The notes: generated by a model not told the origin, from the letters alone. 64,000 nt of DNA from Limnohabitans sp. (GCF_031538885.1 NZ_JAVKLW010000053.1:25158-89157), one strand, 5' to 3'; counted from the stretch's first letter, positions 44,298 through 53,464 are shown. Numbers and translations are program-made.

Positions 44298-45509
44298 ATG
44301 AGCCAACGCCCATTACCCGACGATTTGCATTTGGAAACACTCGCTGTGCATTTGGCTGCTGAGCGCAGCCAATACGGCGAAAACTCCGAAGCGCTTTACC
44401 TGACCAGCGGGTATGTGCAACCTTCTGCGCAATCCTCGGCACGCCGTTTTTCGGGTGAAGAAGAAGGCTACACCTATGGCCGCTCCGGCAACCCCACGGT
44501 GAGCAGTTTTGAAATGCGCTTGGCTGCCTTGGAAGGCACCGAGGCAGCGTTGGCCACGTCATCTGGCATGTCTGCTGTGATGCTGATGTTGTTCAGCTTG
44601 CTCAAGGCGGGTGACCATGTGGTGTATTCGCAGTCCATGTTTGGCTCGACCCTCAAGCTGATTGGCTCAGAGTTCGCACGCTTTGGCGTGGAATCCACGG
44701 TGGTGTCACAAACCGATTTGGATGCATGGAAAGCAGCGATTCGGCCCAACACCCAAATTTTGTTTGCAGAAACGCCGACCAATCCATTGACCGAGGTGTG
44801 TGACATTGCCGCCTTGGCCGATTTGGCACACAACGCGGGGGCTTTGTTGGCTGTCGATAACTGCTTTGCCACGCCTATCTTGCAGCGCCCCGTTGAGATG
44901 GGCGCAGACATCGTCATGCACTCGGGCACCAAGTATTTGGATGGTCAAGGCCGCGTGATGGCTGGCGCTTTGTGTGCCAGCGAAAAATTCGTCAAGGAAA
45001 AGTTTTTGCCCGTCATGAAAAACGGTGGCATGGTGTTGTCACCTTTCAATGCGTGGGTGGTGCTCAAGGGCTTAGAGACACTCGATATTCGCATGCGTGC
45101 CCAAAGCGCACGTGCGCATGACTTGGCGCTGTGGCTAGAGCAACACCCCGCTGTCGCATGCGTGTACTACCCGGGCTTGCTCAGCCATCTTCAACATGAG
45201 TTGTCGATGAAACAAATGTCTGGCTTGGGTGGTGCTGTGTTGTCGTTTGATGTGAAGGCGGCTGATCCACAGGTGGCACGTACCCGAGCTTTCCATTTGC
45301 TTGACAGCTTGCGCACCTTGTCACTGTGCACCAACTTGGGAGACACCAAAACCTTGCTCACACACCCAGCTAGCACATCGCACGGCAAACTGTCTGAGGA
45401 CCAACGCCAAGCCGCAGGCATTGGCCAAGGTTTGATTCGCGTAGCCGTGGGACTGGAGCATTTAGATGACATGAAGGCCGACTTGTTGCGCGGCCTCGAG
45501 ACCCTTTGA
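44298..45509 (+). CDS. metZ: O-succinylhomoserine sulfhydrylase
   Basis: [23 protein letters not shown]-lysine motif, NLGDTKT. Confidence 0.9.
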   Translation: MSQRPLPDDLHLETLAVHLAAERSQYGENSEALYLTSGYVQPSAQSSARRFSGEEEGYTYGRSGNPTVSSFEMRLAALEGTEAALATSSGMSAVMLMLFSLLKAGDHVVYSQSMFGSTLKLIGSEFARFGVESTVVSQTDLDAWKAAIRPNTQILFAETPTNPLTEVCDIAALADLAHNAGALLAVDNCFATPILQRPVEMGADIVMHSGTKYLDGQGRVMAGALCASEKFVKEKFLPVMKNGGMVLSPFNAWVVLKGLETLDIRMRAQSARAHDLALWLEQHPAVACVYYPGLLSHLQHELSMKQMSGLGGAVLSFDVKAADPQVARTRAFHLLDSLRTLSLCTNLGDTKTLLTHPASTSHGKLSEDQRQAAGIGQGLIRVAVGLEHLDDMKADLLRGLETL

Positions 45510-45522
45510 TTTCAATTTCTGC

Positions 45523-46911
45523 ATGACCAAAATCCGTACGCGCTTTGCACCCTCTCCAACGGGGTTCATCCACTTAGGCAATATTCGCTCTGCTTTGTAT
45601 CCTTGGGCGTTTGCCCGCGCCACCGGTGGTGACTTTATTTTGCGTATTGAAGACACGGACCTCGAGCGTTCGAATCAAGCGGCGGTGGACGTCATCATCG
45701 AAGGTATGAAGTGGTTAGGCCTCGACCACGACGAAGGCCCGTTCTATCAAATGAAACGCATGGATCGCTATAAAGCAGTGTTGGAAGAGTTGAAAGCAGC
45801 GGGCCATGCCTACCCTTGTTACATGAGCATGCAAGAGTTGGACGCTTTGCGCGAACGACAAATGGCCACCAAAGACAAGCCGCGCTATGACGGCACATGG
45901 CGTCCTGAGCTAGGCAAAACATTGCCTCCTATCGCCGAAGGTGTGAAACCCGTCCTGCGCTTTAGGAACCCACAAGGTGGCTCGGTTGTCTGGGAAGACA
46001 AAGTCAAAGGTCGCATCGAAATCAGCAATGACGAGTTGGATGACTTGGTCATCGCGCGTCCTGACGGCACACCCACCTATAACTTCTGCGTGGTGGTGGA
46101 TGACATCGACATGGCCATCACCCACGTCATCCGAGGTGATGACCATGTGAACAACACGCCACGTCAAATCAATATTTTCAAAGCCCTTGGCAAAGAACCC
46201 CCTGTTTACGCCCATTTGCCCACCGTGCTCAATGAGCAAGGCGAGAAGATGAGCAAGCGCAATGGTGCCAAGGCTGTCACCCAATACCGTGATGAAGGTT
46301 ACTTGCCTGACGCGATGGTGAACTACTTGGCGCGCTTGGGCTGGAGCCACGGCGATGACGAGATTTTTAGCCGCGCTCAGTTTTTAGAGTGGTTCAACCT
46401 CGACCACCTTGGTCGCAGTGCTGCGCAGTTTGACGAGGCCAAACTCAAGTGGGTGAACGCCCAGCATTTGAAGGCCATGTCTAATGAGGCGTTGGCATTT
46501 TTGGTGAGTGCTGAGTTGGCCAAGCGTGGCATCACCGCGGATGACCGCTTGCCCGCCATTTGCGGTTTGTTCAAAGATCGCTGCGACACCTTGTTGGTGT
46601 TGGCTGATTGGGCCAGTGCGTTTTACAACGATGTCACGCCACAAGCCGACGATGTGGCTAAACACATCACGCCTGCTGTGTTGCCTGCACTCGATGCATT
46701 GGTTGCCAAGCTGAGTGAAGTGACTGAATGGAACACAGCCAATGTCAGCGTGGCATTCAAGGCGGTGTTGACCGAACAAAGTTTGAAGATGCCGCAACTA
46801 GCTATGCCTGTGCGCGTGTTGGTGATGGGCACACCGCAAACACCTTCAGTGGATGCAGTGCTTTGGTTGTGTGGCAAAGAAAAAGTTTTGGAGCGTTTGA
46901 CGAAACGTTGA
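45523..46911 (+). CDS. gltX: Glutamate--tRNA ligase
   Basis: [12 protein letters not shown] (HIGH), KMSKR. Confidence 0.97.
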   Translation: MTKIRTRFAPSPTGFIHLGNIRSALYPWAFARATGGDFILRIEDTDLERSNQAAVDVIIEGMKWLGLDHDEGPFYQMKRMDRYKAVLEELKAAGHAYPCYMSMQELDALRERQMATKDKPRYDGTWRPELGKTLPPIAEGVKPVLRFRNPQGGSVVWEDKVKGRIEISNDELDDLVIARPDGTPTYNFCVVVDDIDMAITHVIRGDDHVNNTPRQINIFKALGKEPPVYAHLPTVLNEQGEKMSKRNGAKAVTQYRDEGYLPDAMVNYLARLGWSHGDDEIFSRAQFLEWFNLDHLGRSAAQFDEAKLKWVNAQHLKAMSNEALAFLVSAELAKRGITADDRLPAICGLFKDRCDTLLVLADWASAFYNDVTPQADDVAKHITPAVLPALDALVAKLSEVTEWNTANVSVAFKAVLTEQSLKMPQLAMPVRVLVMGTPQTPSVDAVLWLCGKEKVLERLTKR

Positions 46912-46926
46912 AAATTTGGCTATACT
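46897..46926 (+). promoter_or_regulatory. Probable sigma70 promoter of the tRNA operon
   Basis: TTGACG-18-TATACT ending 20 nt upstream of tRNA-Ala. Confidence 0.6.
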
Positions 46927-46945
46927 ATTGCTCTTAACACTCAAT

Positions 46946-47021
<76 letters not shown>

Positions 47022-47059
47022 AAGTGTCGAGAAGATTCGAAAGAATCAGTCCAGGTTAT

Positions 47060-47135
47060 GACCCTATCGTCTAGAGGCCTAGGACATCACCCTTTCACGG
47101 TGAGTACCGGGGTTCGAATCCCCGTAGGGTCGCCA
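47060..47135 (+). tRNA. tRNA-Glu(TTC)
   Basis: GACCCTA/TAGGGTC acceptor stem, TCACC-CTTTCAC-GGTGA, GGTTCGAATC, CCA. Confidence 0.98.
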
Positions 47136-47192
47136 AGTTTTGTAGCACTTGGTTGAGTTGCTCAAGCACCTCAGCAAAAGATACAGCTATCA

Positions 47193-47269
47193 GGAGTGGT
47201 AGTTCAGTTGGTTAGAATACCGGCCTGTCACGCCGGGGGTCGCGGGTTCGAGTCCCGTCCACTCCGCCA
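47193..47269 (+). tRNA. tRNA-Asp(GTC), probable prophage attachment site
   Basis: GGAGTGG/CCACTCC acceptor stem, CCGGC-CTGTCAC-GCCGG, GGTTCGAGTC, CCA; integrase ends 70 nt downstream. Confidence 0.98.
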
Positions 47270-47277
47270 GTAAAATC

Positions 47278-47313
47278 AACGGGTTAGCTGTAAAAGGCTA
47301 ACCCGTTTTTCTT
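47278..47313 (+). terminator. Terminator after tRNA-Asp
   Basis: AACGGGTTAGC-TGTAAAAG-GCTAACCCGTT followed by Ts. Confidence 0.8.
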
Positions 47314-47339
47314 TGCATATTCCAAAATTTGGAATATCG

Positions 47340-48437
47340 TCACTGCACGGGTTTGGCTTTTTTGACTGCGTGACGGTCATAAACTTGGCGAATCATGCGC
47401 TCACTTGAGTGCCCTGTCGCGTCTTGGGTGTCGGTCTGACCGCTCGCCAATTTGTCGCTCACCCCCTTCGGGCGGCAGTCTTGCAAGCTAAATGGCTTGA
47501 ACTCAATTTTTCGCTTTTCTGCTTCGCTCACGCACACCGTCATCAAGTCGCTCAACATGGCTTTCCAGCCGCCCTTGGTGTAGCGTTGCCCGCGCATATT
47601 GTCGAACACGTACATCGAACCCGCAACGTGGTTGCGCTTTAGTGCCAAGGCTTCATTCATGGTGGCGCGAAGCTCGTCCGTCCACTCAATCAGCACGGCG
47701 GGCTTGGTCTTGCTCTTGCCGTCCTGCCACAAAATGCCGTCGTCGCGGATTGCATCCCGCGTAATACCGCGCACCTCGACCGAGCGGCGAACACACAGCC
47801 ATGCGGTTTTGAGTGCAAGCGCGACAATGAGCCGCGCACCGCCCTTGCTTCGCCCAACTTCCAGCGCCAGCGACATTTCCACGTCGTTCACATGGCGGCT
47901 TGTTTTTACGGTTTTGTTCTTACGAATTCTGGTCAGTGGGTTGGTGCTGATGCGCCCAATACGCACACCATATTCGAGGATGACTTGCAACAACGCAATT
48001 TCTTTGTTGCCTTTTTCTGGCCGCCCAGCCTGCACACACGCATCAAGGTAGGTATAGCCGTCGGTTTTTGTGATTGCCGCAGGGTCAATATGGCCGAACG
48101 CCAGTTTGAGGTTTTTGGACTCGCGCTTGTTTTCGCGCAGCGTGGAATCGGCGCGGCGGTTTAGGTCGCTTGGAGGCAGTGATTCTTGCCAAGTGAACCA
48201 TGCGTCTATCAGTTCCTCGGTTTGCCCTGACGAGCGCACCCCATGATTGAGCAAAGCCGATTCAGTGATGGCTTTACGGCGCAGCTCGCTCACCTGATTT
48301 TTGTCAGCTATGGGGCATGAATACCGAAACGCCCACTGTCCATTCGACTGTTTGTAGCCGATGCTGTAGGTGCGCGCCCCACGGCGCTCATAGACGCGGT
48401 ATGGCAAGCCATCAGGGGTATCACGAGGACGGTTCAT
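47340..48437 (-). CDS. int: Tyrosine integrase
   Basis: LCVRRSVEV (R), LQDCRPKG (HxxR variant), TGHSS, VYDR. Confidence 0.9.
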   Translation of the reverse strand: MNRPRDTPDGLPYRVYERRGARTYSIGYKQSNGQWAFRYSCPIADKNQVSELRRKAITESALLNHGVRSSGQTEELIDAWFTWQESLPPSDLNRRADSTLRENKRESKNLKLAFGHIDPAAITKTDGYTYLDACVQAGRPEKGNKEIALLQVILEYGVRIGRISTNPLTRIRKNKTVKTSRHVNDVEMSLALEVGRSKGGARLIVALALKTAWLCVRRSVEVRGITRDAIRDDGILWQDGKSKTKPAVLIEWTDELRATMNEALALKRNHVAGSMYVFDNMRGQRYTKGGWKAMLSDLMTVCVSEAEKRKIEFKPFSLQDCRPKGVSDKLASGQTDTQDATGHSSERMIRQVYDRHAVKKAKPVQ

Positions 48438-48688
48438 GCTCTTTTAAGGAATGCGATATTTACAGATGGCTGGGGCTGGCCTCTATCGTTTGAAAACTCC
48501 CCGCGACACACGGCGAGATAGTGCGGGCGCTCTAAAATCACGCGCCCGTCACGCGCTCGGTATGCCCGAACAAACCCGCGCATGTGCAGCACGTTAAGCT
48601 GGCGCAACGGTGCGCTGTAGCCAGTAATTTGTTGTAGTTCTTCTTCGCTCAATCTGGCGCTGTCGATTGTCGCTTCGTTGGTGTTCAT
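48434..48688 (-). CDS. Excisionase-like DUF4224 protein
   Basis: LSEEELQQITGY...Q...L...G; ATGA overlap with int. Confidence 0.75.
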   Translation of the reverse strand: MNTNEATIDSARLSEEELQQITGYSAPLRQLNVLHMRGFVRAYRARDGRVILERPHYLAVCRGEFSNDRGQPQPSVNIAFLKRA

Positions 48689-48996
48689 GTCCCACCTCCA
48701 TATCTAAATTCAATTCGTGTGACTAGGCTATCTGGCGTACAGCCCCGATGCGTCGCGCAAAACATCGCCACGAACTCTTCGGGCGACATTTCGGGGAAGC
48801 CCTCACGTCGGCATTCCTCGCGCCCGTACTCTGGCTCGTCGGTCATGCGCCGCAGTGGTTCGCACCGCGTCGAAACCGTGACGACGGCATCACCAAGGCG
48901 CTCAATCTTTTCCCCAGGGCGAAGCCCCATGCACTTGGCCACCGGCTGGAATGCCTCGCCCACTTTGAGATGCAGCCTCCCCGCCCAAGCCGTCAT
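48685..48996 (-). pseudogene. ASCH-like phage protein, probably N-terminally damaged
   Basis: LHLKVG..QPV.KCMGLRPGEKI, EPLRRM, ECRREGFP.M.PEEFVAMFC; ILSGGK upstream in frame has no start codon. Confidence 0.5.
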
Positions 48997-49699
48997 CGTC
49001 GTTGTGTGCTTGCCACCACTCAGTATTGTTTTCCTCTTGCCATGCTTTCCAGCCCTTGACCCACTCGATGCAAAGAGCGCCAGCCATGATTGGGCAATCG
49101 CTTTGCGGCTTGCCTTCTTGCGCGGCCAGTTGTCCGTCGCCGTAGGCTTCGTCTAACTCGCTTTGAAGGTGCTGGTGTGGAATGGCCTTGACCTCGGCAT
49201 CAACCACTTCACCCGCGCCACTTGCGCCGTCCATGCCTTTGCCGTCGCCGTTCGGGTCGTACTCATGCCCCAAGTCCATAGCGCGTTGGTCTGATTCGCC
49301 CTTGATTTCATCCATGCCGCCCGTGTGCTGGGCAGGGTTGGCAACGACAACCAGCACGGCTTTACCGCTGGCTTCGTAGAGTTCATGCAGATTGGGGGCG
49401 GAGCTACCGAATTTCACAACAGCTTTCACGCCGTCCTTGATTGTGATTTGGTCGAGGTCGCCCGCAACCACAGTGCGGCCTTCGCTGGCTACGAGGTGAA
49501 CCGCCATGCGGACATTGGTTTCTACGCGATTGCGAAGGCGGTCAATCACGTCGTCTTGCTTTGCCTTGGGCAGTTTCACCCACAGGTCGGGCAGCAGCTT
49601 GATTTCCTGGACAAGGGTTTGCAGGATGTCGCGCCCCACGGTGTCCGAAGTCATGGACAGGAGGGTTTTTACGTCGTCGGCTTGGTTATCGGTTGCCAT
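48902..49699 (-). CDS. Phage protein with C-terminal RMF-like domain
   Basis: Conserved-looking N-terminal domain; residues 184-222 match the RMF pattern A-x3-G-x2-A-x3-G-x5-CP-x9-W-x2-GW. Confidence 0.7.
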   Translation of the reverse strand: MATDNQADDVKTLLSMTSDTVGRDILQTLVQEIKLLPDLWVKLPKAKQDDVIDRLRNRVETNVRMAVHLVASEGRTVVAGDLDQITIKDGVKAVVKFGSSAPNLHELYEASGKAVLVVVANPAQHTGGMDEIKGESDQRAMDLGHEYDPNGDGKGMDGASGAGEVVDAEVKAIPHQHLQSELDEAYGDGQLAAQEGKPQSDCPIMAGALCIEWVKGWKAWQEENNTEWWQAHNDDDGLGGEAASQSGRGIPAGGQVHGASPWGKD

Positions 49700-49731
49700 G
49701 GTGTCTGTTCCTTTCAGGTTTCAAAAATGGG

Positions 49732-50760
49732 TTATTCCATGCCGCCAGTCGTGGCGCGTTCACGGCGGGCGCGGGGTTGCTGGGCGGGCTGTTGTCCGTT
49801 TGCCTCGGCAAGTTCACGGGCTTGGATGTCTGCCAGTTCTTCGGCGGTTGGCTCCCACGGTGCGCCCGCGTCGGCTGCTGGTGCGGTGTTGGTGGCCGCT
49901 GGTGCTGCGCCTTTAATCTCGCCCGTTTCCTGATTGACGGTTTCAGCGCGAGCGGCAGGTGCGGCGGCAGGTTGCTCGGTTTGCACAACTTCGGCGGGGC
50001 GCATTTCACGGGGTGCATTACGTAGCGTTTCCGTGGTGACGCTTGCCACCGTGCCGTCTGGGTTCATGTCGATGATGTCGTGGGCTTCTTCCACGGTCTG
50101 CAAACCCATCAGCAATTCAGGTGCGTACAGCTTGCCGAAGAAGCTGGCTGTGCGGTAGCGCAGCATGACTTCTGGCATGGTTTGCCACTTGCTGCCGTTC
50201 TTTCCGTACCAGCCCTCTTTGACAGCCATTTCAAGAGACACCTTGGGGCTGTCAATGCGCGTGCCTGTTTCTTTCTCGACCGCCCACGCGATGCACTCAA
50301 GGTTTTGCACGGTGGCTTTCATTTTTTTATTCACGCGCTGGCGGTCAACCCACTCAGTGACGGTGTATTCAACTTCTTTGCTGCCCAAGTCTTTGAGGTC
50401 AAAGCGCAGCGGCGAGAAGCGTCCGCATCCGTTGATGGCGGCAATAATCCACTGGCTTGACCAGCTTGGGCGACCTTCCACGATGTAGAGGTTTTGACAA
50501 ATCATTAATGGGTCAGCGCCCATGCGCTGCGCCATGTTTAGTGCGACAACGCAGTTTGAAAGTGCGTTTGGGTTATCGCCTTTTTTCTCGTCCCACTTGC
50601 GGTAGGCCGCGGGTACAAGCGTGGAGTTTGACAACAGGTTTGCCGCACGCTGCATCAATTCAAAACCCGCTGAATTGAAGAACCCAAGCGTTGCGTTGGC
50701 TTGAGGTGCTGGGGTTTGTGGGCGTAAATTTGCCAGTGTTTTTTGAGTAACTTCAGACAT
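49732..50760 (-). CDS. RecT-like single-strand annealing protein
   Basis: STLVP..Y, NC.VALNMA.RMGADP, GRPSW, KWQTMPEVMLRYR, APELLMG; RBS AGGAG before ATG 50760. Confidence 0.75.
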   Translation of the reverse strand: MSEVTQKTLANLRPQTPAPQANATLGFFNSAGFELMQRAANLLSNSTLVPAAYRKWDEKKGDNPNALSNCVVALNMAQRMGADPLMICQNLYIVEGRPSWSSQWIIAAINGCGRFSPLRFDLKDLGSKEVEYTVTEWVDRQRVNKKMKATVQNLECIAWAVEKETGTRIDSPKVSLEMAVKEGWYGKNGSKWQTMPEVMLRYRTASFFGKLYAPELLMGLQTVEEAHDIIDMNPDGTVASVTTETLRNAPREMRPAEVVQTEQPAAAPAARAETVNQETGEIKGAAPAATNTAPAADAGAPWEPTAEELADIQARELAEANGQQPAQQPRARRERATTGGME

Positions 50761-51250
50761 TTGATTTCTCCTTGGTTGATGAACGTTTGTTTCGGTTTTG
50801 CTCGGTACGGGTAGCCCATCGGCAGTTGCTTGGTTCGTAGTTGCCGTTGGTGTTGATGCGGTCAATGCTGGTGTCTGGTGGTCGCTCGCCCATGTCGGCA
50901 AGGAAACTCTCGAAGGACTCGCGCCACTGTTTGCATACCGTAATGCCGCGCCCGCCGTAGTCTTTGAAGTTGCGGTGGGTGCTGTCGCTGCACCGCGCCA
51001 ACATCGAACGCCATGAGTTGTAGGTCGGCGATTTGTAGAAACCGTGGGTAGTCTTCTTTTCTCGCATAGCATCGGCGCGGGCACAACCGCACGAGGTGGT
51101 TTCGCCTTTGCGCAGAGATTGAGAACGCACGGTGACTTGCTTGCCGCAGTCGCACCGACAGACAAAGGCGGCAACGATGCCGATGCGCGTTTTCTTGGTG
51201 GCGACAAGCCGCCCGAAGCGTTGACCGATGAGGTTGATGAGGGCGCTCAT
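50753..51250 (-). CDS. HNH homing endonuclease-like protein
   Basis: GQRFGRL, CRCDCG, TTSCGC, YGGRGITVC, SIDRINTNGNYEPSNCRWAT. Confidence 0.88.
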   Translation of the reverse strand: MSALINLIGQRFGRLVATKKTRIGIVAAFVCRCDCGKQVTVRSQSLRKGETTSCGCARADAMREKKTTHGFYKSPTYNSWRSMLARCSDSTHRNFKDYGGRGITVCKQWRESFESFLADMGERPPDTSIDRINTNGNYEPSNCRWATRTEQNRNKRSSTKEKSNV

Positions 51251-51363
51251 ACCGTCACCGCCTTGCTGAACGTGGGCTTCATGCCTGCACGTTTGGCAGG
51301 CTCTGCGCTTGGTGTTCCTGCTTGGTACTCGGCAAGGTATTGGCTGTAGTCGTGCTTAGGCAT
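51247..51363 (-). CDS. 38-aa phage ORF (MPKHDYSQYLAEY...)
   Basis: Start overlaps the exonuclease stop and stop overlaps the HNH start (ATGA); below the ORF-track cutoff. Confidence 0.55.
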   Translation of the reverse strand: MPKHDYSQYLAEYQAGTPSAEPAKRAGMKPTFSKAVTV

Positions 51364-52150
51364 GAGCTTTGCACTCCTTAAAAATTGGGCAGTACCGCTC
51401 ATGACAAAGCATTGACTTTGGATTCGGATAAAACGATCCTGAATGAATTAACCTTGATGCGTGTTCCAAGATGCCAGGCGACTCGCCGTCGCCCAGGAGC
51501 ACAGAACGAGCGTCCGAGATTTCGCCAGTGCCCACGCGCTGCGACGCTGGTGTTTTGGCGGTATTCATGCCGATGATTTGCGCCGCGCCCGTGATTGGCA
51601 CGCCGCTGGCTTGTTCGGCGAGCAGCTCGTACACTCCCATTTGGTAGGCGTGGCCTGCGGTTTTGACGTTGCCGTCTGACCCAACGGCGGCTTTGCCCGT
51701 CTTGAGGTCACAGATAGCCAAGCCGTCGGCGGTTTCACGCACGCGGTCTGTTGTGCCCGTGAGCGCAATGCCGAGGTCGGTGATTTCCAAGCGCTCGCAC
51801 TTGATTTCAACGCCGCGATAGGTTTGCTTCGGGGCGATGATTTGGCAGTACTTGACGTGCAAGGAAAGGGCAATCTTCTCGGCATCCTGCGGCGTGTCGT
51901 CTTCCCAAACCACGTCCTCGTCGGGGCGGTGGATGGTGTCAACGGCTGCGGCTGCGGCCTCGTCGATTGAAATGCCTGTGCCGTCAATGCCCGACTGGTC
52001 GAACACAGCGGTGCTGGCGTGTACGGCTTTGCCAAGCATGGCTTTACCGTTTGACGGAGTGCGTTTCCCGTCTATGTGGGTGGCTGCCCATGCCGCAGGG
52101 CAGTCAAAGAGCCTGCCGAGGCTTGAGGCGCGAATGGTGACAATGTTCAC
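51356..52150 (-). CDS. PD-(D/E)XK exonuclease (RecB/Cas4-like)
   Basis: SSL..LFDCP, GKAVH, GTTDRV, DLKTG, QMGVY, C-terminal CHERYCPIFKEC. Confidence 0.85.
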   Translation of the reverse strand: MNIVTIRASSLGRLFDCPAAWAATHIDGKRTPSNGKAMLGKAVHASTAVFDQSGIDGTGISIDEAAAAAVDTIHRPDEDVVWEDDTPQDAEKIALSLHVKYCQIIAPKQTYRGVEIKCERLEITDLGIALTGTTDRVRETADGLAICDLKTGKAAVGSDGNVKTAGHAYQMGVYELLAEQASGVPITGAAQIIGMNTAKTPASQRVGTGEISDARSVLLGDGESPGILEHASRLIHSGSFYPNPKSMLCHERYCPIFKECKAHA

Positions 52151-52175
52151 TTGGGCTTCTTTTCAGGGTGGTGGT

Positions 52176-52274
52176 TTAGTAGGTGCGGCGCATGGTTCGC
52201 CATGCTTGGGCGATGGAGCGTCTTGGTGTGTGGCCGAAGCGGCGATAGAGGGCGTAGAGGCGGAAGAAGGTCAT
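52176..52274 (-). CDS. 32-aa basic phage ORF (MTFFRLYALYRRFGH...)
   Basis: ATGA overlap with the upstream gene; Arg/aromatic-rich peptide typical of lambdoid left-arm genes. Confidence 0.55.
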   Translation of the reverse strand: MTFFRLYALYRRFGHTPRRSIAQAWRTMRRTY

Positions 52275-52672
52275 GCCGCCATCCGAAGTGCTGATGCGTA
52301 GCTCGCGCCACGGCTGAGGGCGTCAATCACTGCATCTGATCCGCTGGCAAAAATGCCATTCCAAGAGCCGACGTTCGTTCTCACGCGAAAAGTGCGGGGC
52401 TTGTTGTGCTCCACGCACGCATCGAGCAGCCACTTCTCCTCGGCGCGGCTCAGGAGCAGGTGTGTGATTTCTTCCCACTCGGTGTCTGTTGCTGACTTGG
52501 CGAACAGGTGAGGCCAGTAGCCTTCGCGCACCATGTCTCCGTCGTCACGCGGCTCGTAGTCAAACGCGATACACAGGTCACGGTCGCCCACTACTTCGTC
52601 GAGCGAAATAGGCTGGTTGCCACTCGCGTCAAAGTGGTGTTCGTAGTCTTCGGGTTGCAGGTCATTTGCCAT
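52271..52672 (-). CDS. Hypothetical phage protein, first ORF of the pL operon
   Basis: Open frame with GGAG RBS before GTG/ATG. Confidence 0.6.
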   Translation of the reverse strand: MANDLQPEDYEHHFDASGNQPISLDEVVGDRDLCIAFDYEPRDDGDMVREGYWPHLFAKSATDTEWEEITHLLLSRAEEKWLLDACVEHNKPRTFRVRTNVGSWNGIFASGSDAVIDALSRGASYASALRMAA

Positions 52673-52696
52673 CACGCGCTCCATTGGGTAAAACGT

Positions 52697-53055
52697 GCAG
52701 CACTTTGATCTGACCTCATCCCCTCAGACATAGCGGGGCGGTCTATCTGGTCGGTTGAAAAAACGCTCATCCTCGGTGGATGGGGTCAGATCAAAGCACT
52801 GCTCCTTGAGAGTGATTCGGTGGGCGCTACATCCGCGCTTTGCCACCCTTTGCCCCGCCACACGCCATTCGTAAATGTGCGTAACAGTCGCTTGGACTCA
52901 CGCTTCGCGCGGCATAGCGCCCACCGAATCACTCTCTACGCTGCAAACCTTGTGCGTCGCATAGAGAGAGCCAGTCGCGCTGGGTTGCATCTATGCTGGG
53001 TAGGCCATGCCCTTGGCCGCTTACTCTGACTTTGAGCAATCCCTCCGTCAGAACC
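52697..53055 (-). ncRNA. Candidate structured RNA leader of the pL transcript
   Basis: 25-bp and ~30-bp stems plus smaller hairpins; most imperfections are G-U pairs only on the minus strand; no convincing ORF. Confidence 0.6.
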
Positions 53056-53082
53056 GTGTCGCTGTTTTGTTGCGATGGATGT

Positions 53083-53126
53083 AATGTAGCAAAGATAAAC
53101 AATTAAGTCAATAGCAAAAGATAAAT
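53083..53126 (-). promoter_or_regulatory. pL promoter with repressor operators
   Basis: TTGACT(53111-53106)-17-TACATT(53088-53083); TTTATCTTT(T)GCTA present twice. Confidence 0.8.
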
Positions 53127-53183
53127 TATTTGCAAGAATGCGGGTAAACCTCTAGGTCTAGGCGTAAAAAACCGCCTTTCTAC

Positions 53184-53202
53184 TACGCTTAAAGCGTATA
53201 AT
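53184..53202 (+). promoter_or_regulatory. -10 box with overlapping palindromic operator of the DUF4258 operon
   Basis: TACGCTT-A-AAGCGTA overlaps TATAAT (53197-53202), 7 nt before the ATG. Confidence 0.65.
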
Positions 53203-53209
53203 TGATTTC

Positions 53210-53464
53210 ATGCAAGTCACTTACACCCAACACGCACTGACCCGTATGGCCGAGCGTGGCATTAGCAAACAAGAGGTCGAATGCGCATTGGCTCAACCCA
53301 TCCGTACCGTTGCGGCACAAAATGGGCGCACAGAATCGCAAGGCTGGATTGAGCGCTTAGGCAAACGGCAGTTGCTTCGGGTGTTGACTGAGAGCGGTGT
53401 GGTGGTGTTGGTGGTCACCGTGATGGCGACTAGCAAGTTTGAAAAATACGGAGTTCAACCATGA
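53210..53464 (+). CDS. DUF4258 protein (putative RNase toxin)
   Basis: YTQHALTRMAERGIS..EV, LRVL, VVTVM. Confidence 0.85.
   Translation: MQVTYTQHALTRMAERGISKQEVECALAQPIRTVAAQNGRTESQGWIERLGKRQLLRVLTESGVVVLVVTVMATSKFEKYGVQP

Noticed and set aside
47440-47500. Integrase inactivation because HxxR reads DCR
   Set aside because: The His of this motif is often substituted; R, second R, H and Y are present and the frame is intact
50761-51207. 491-aa version of the annealing protein from the ORF track
   Set aside because: The extension is an alternative frame of the HNH gene; a clear RBS supports ATG 50760
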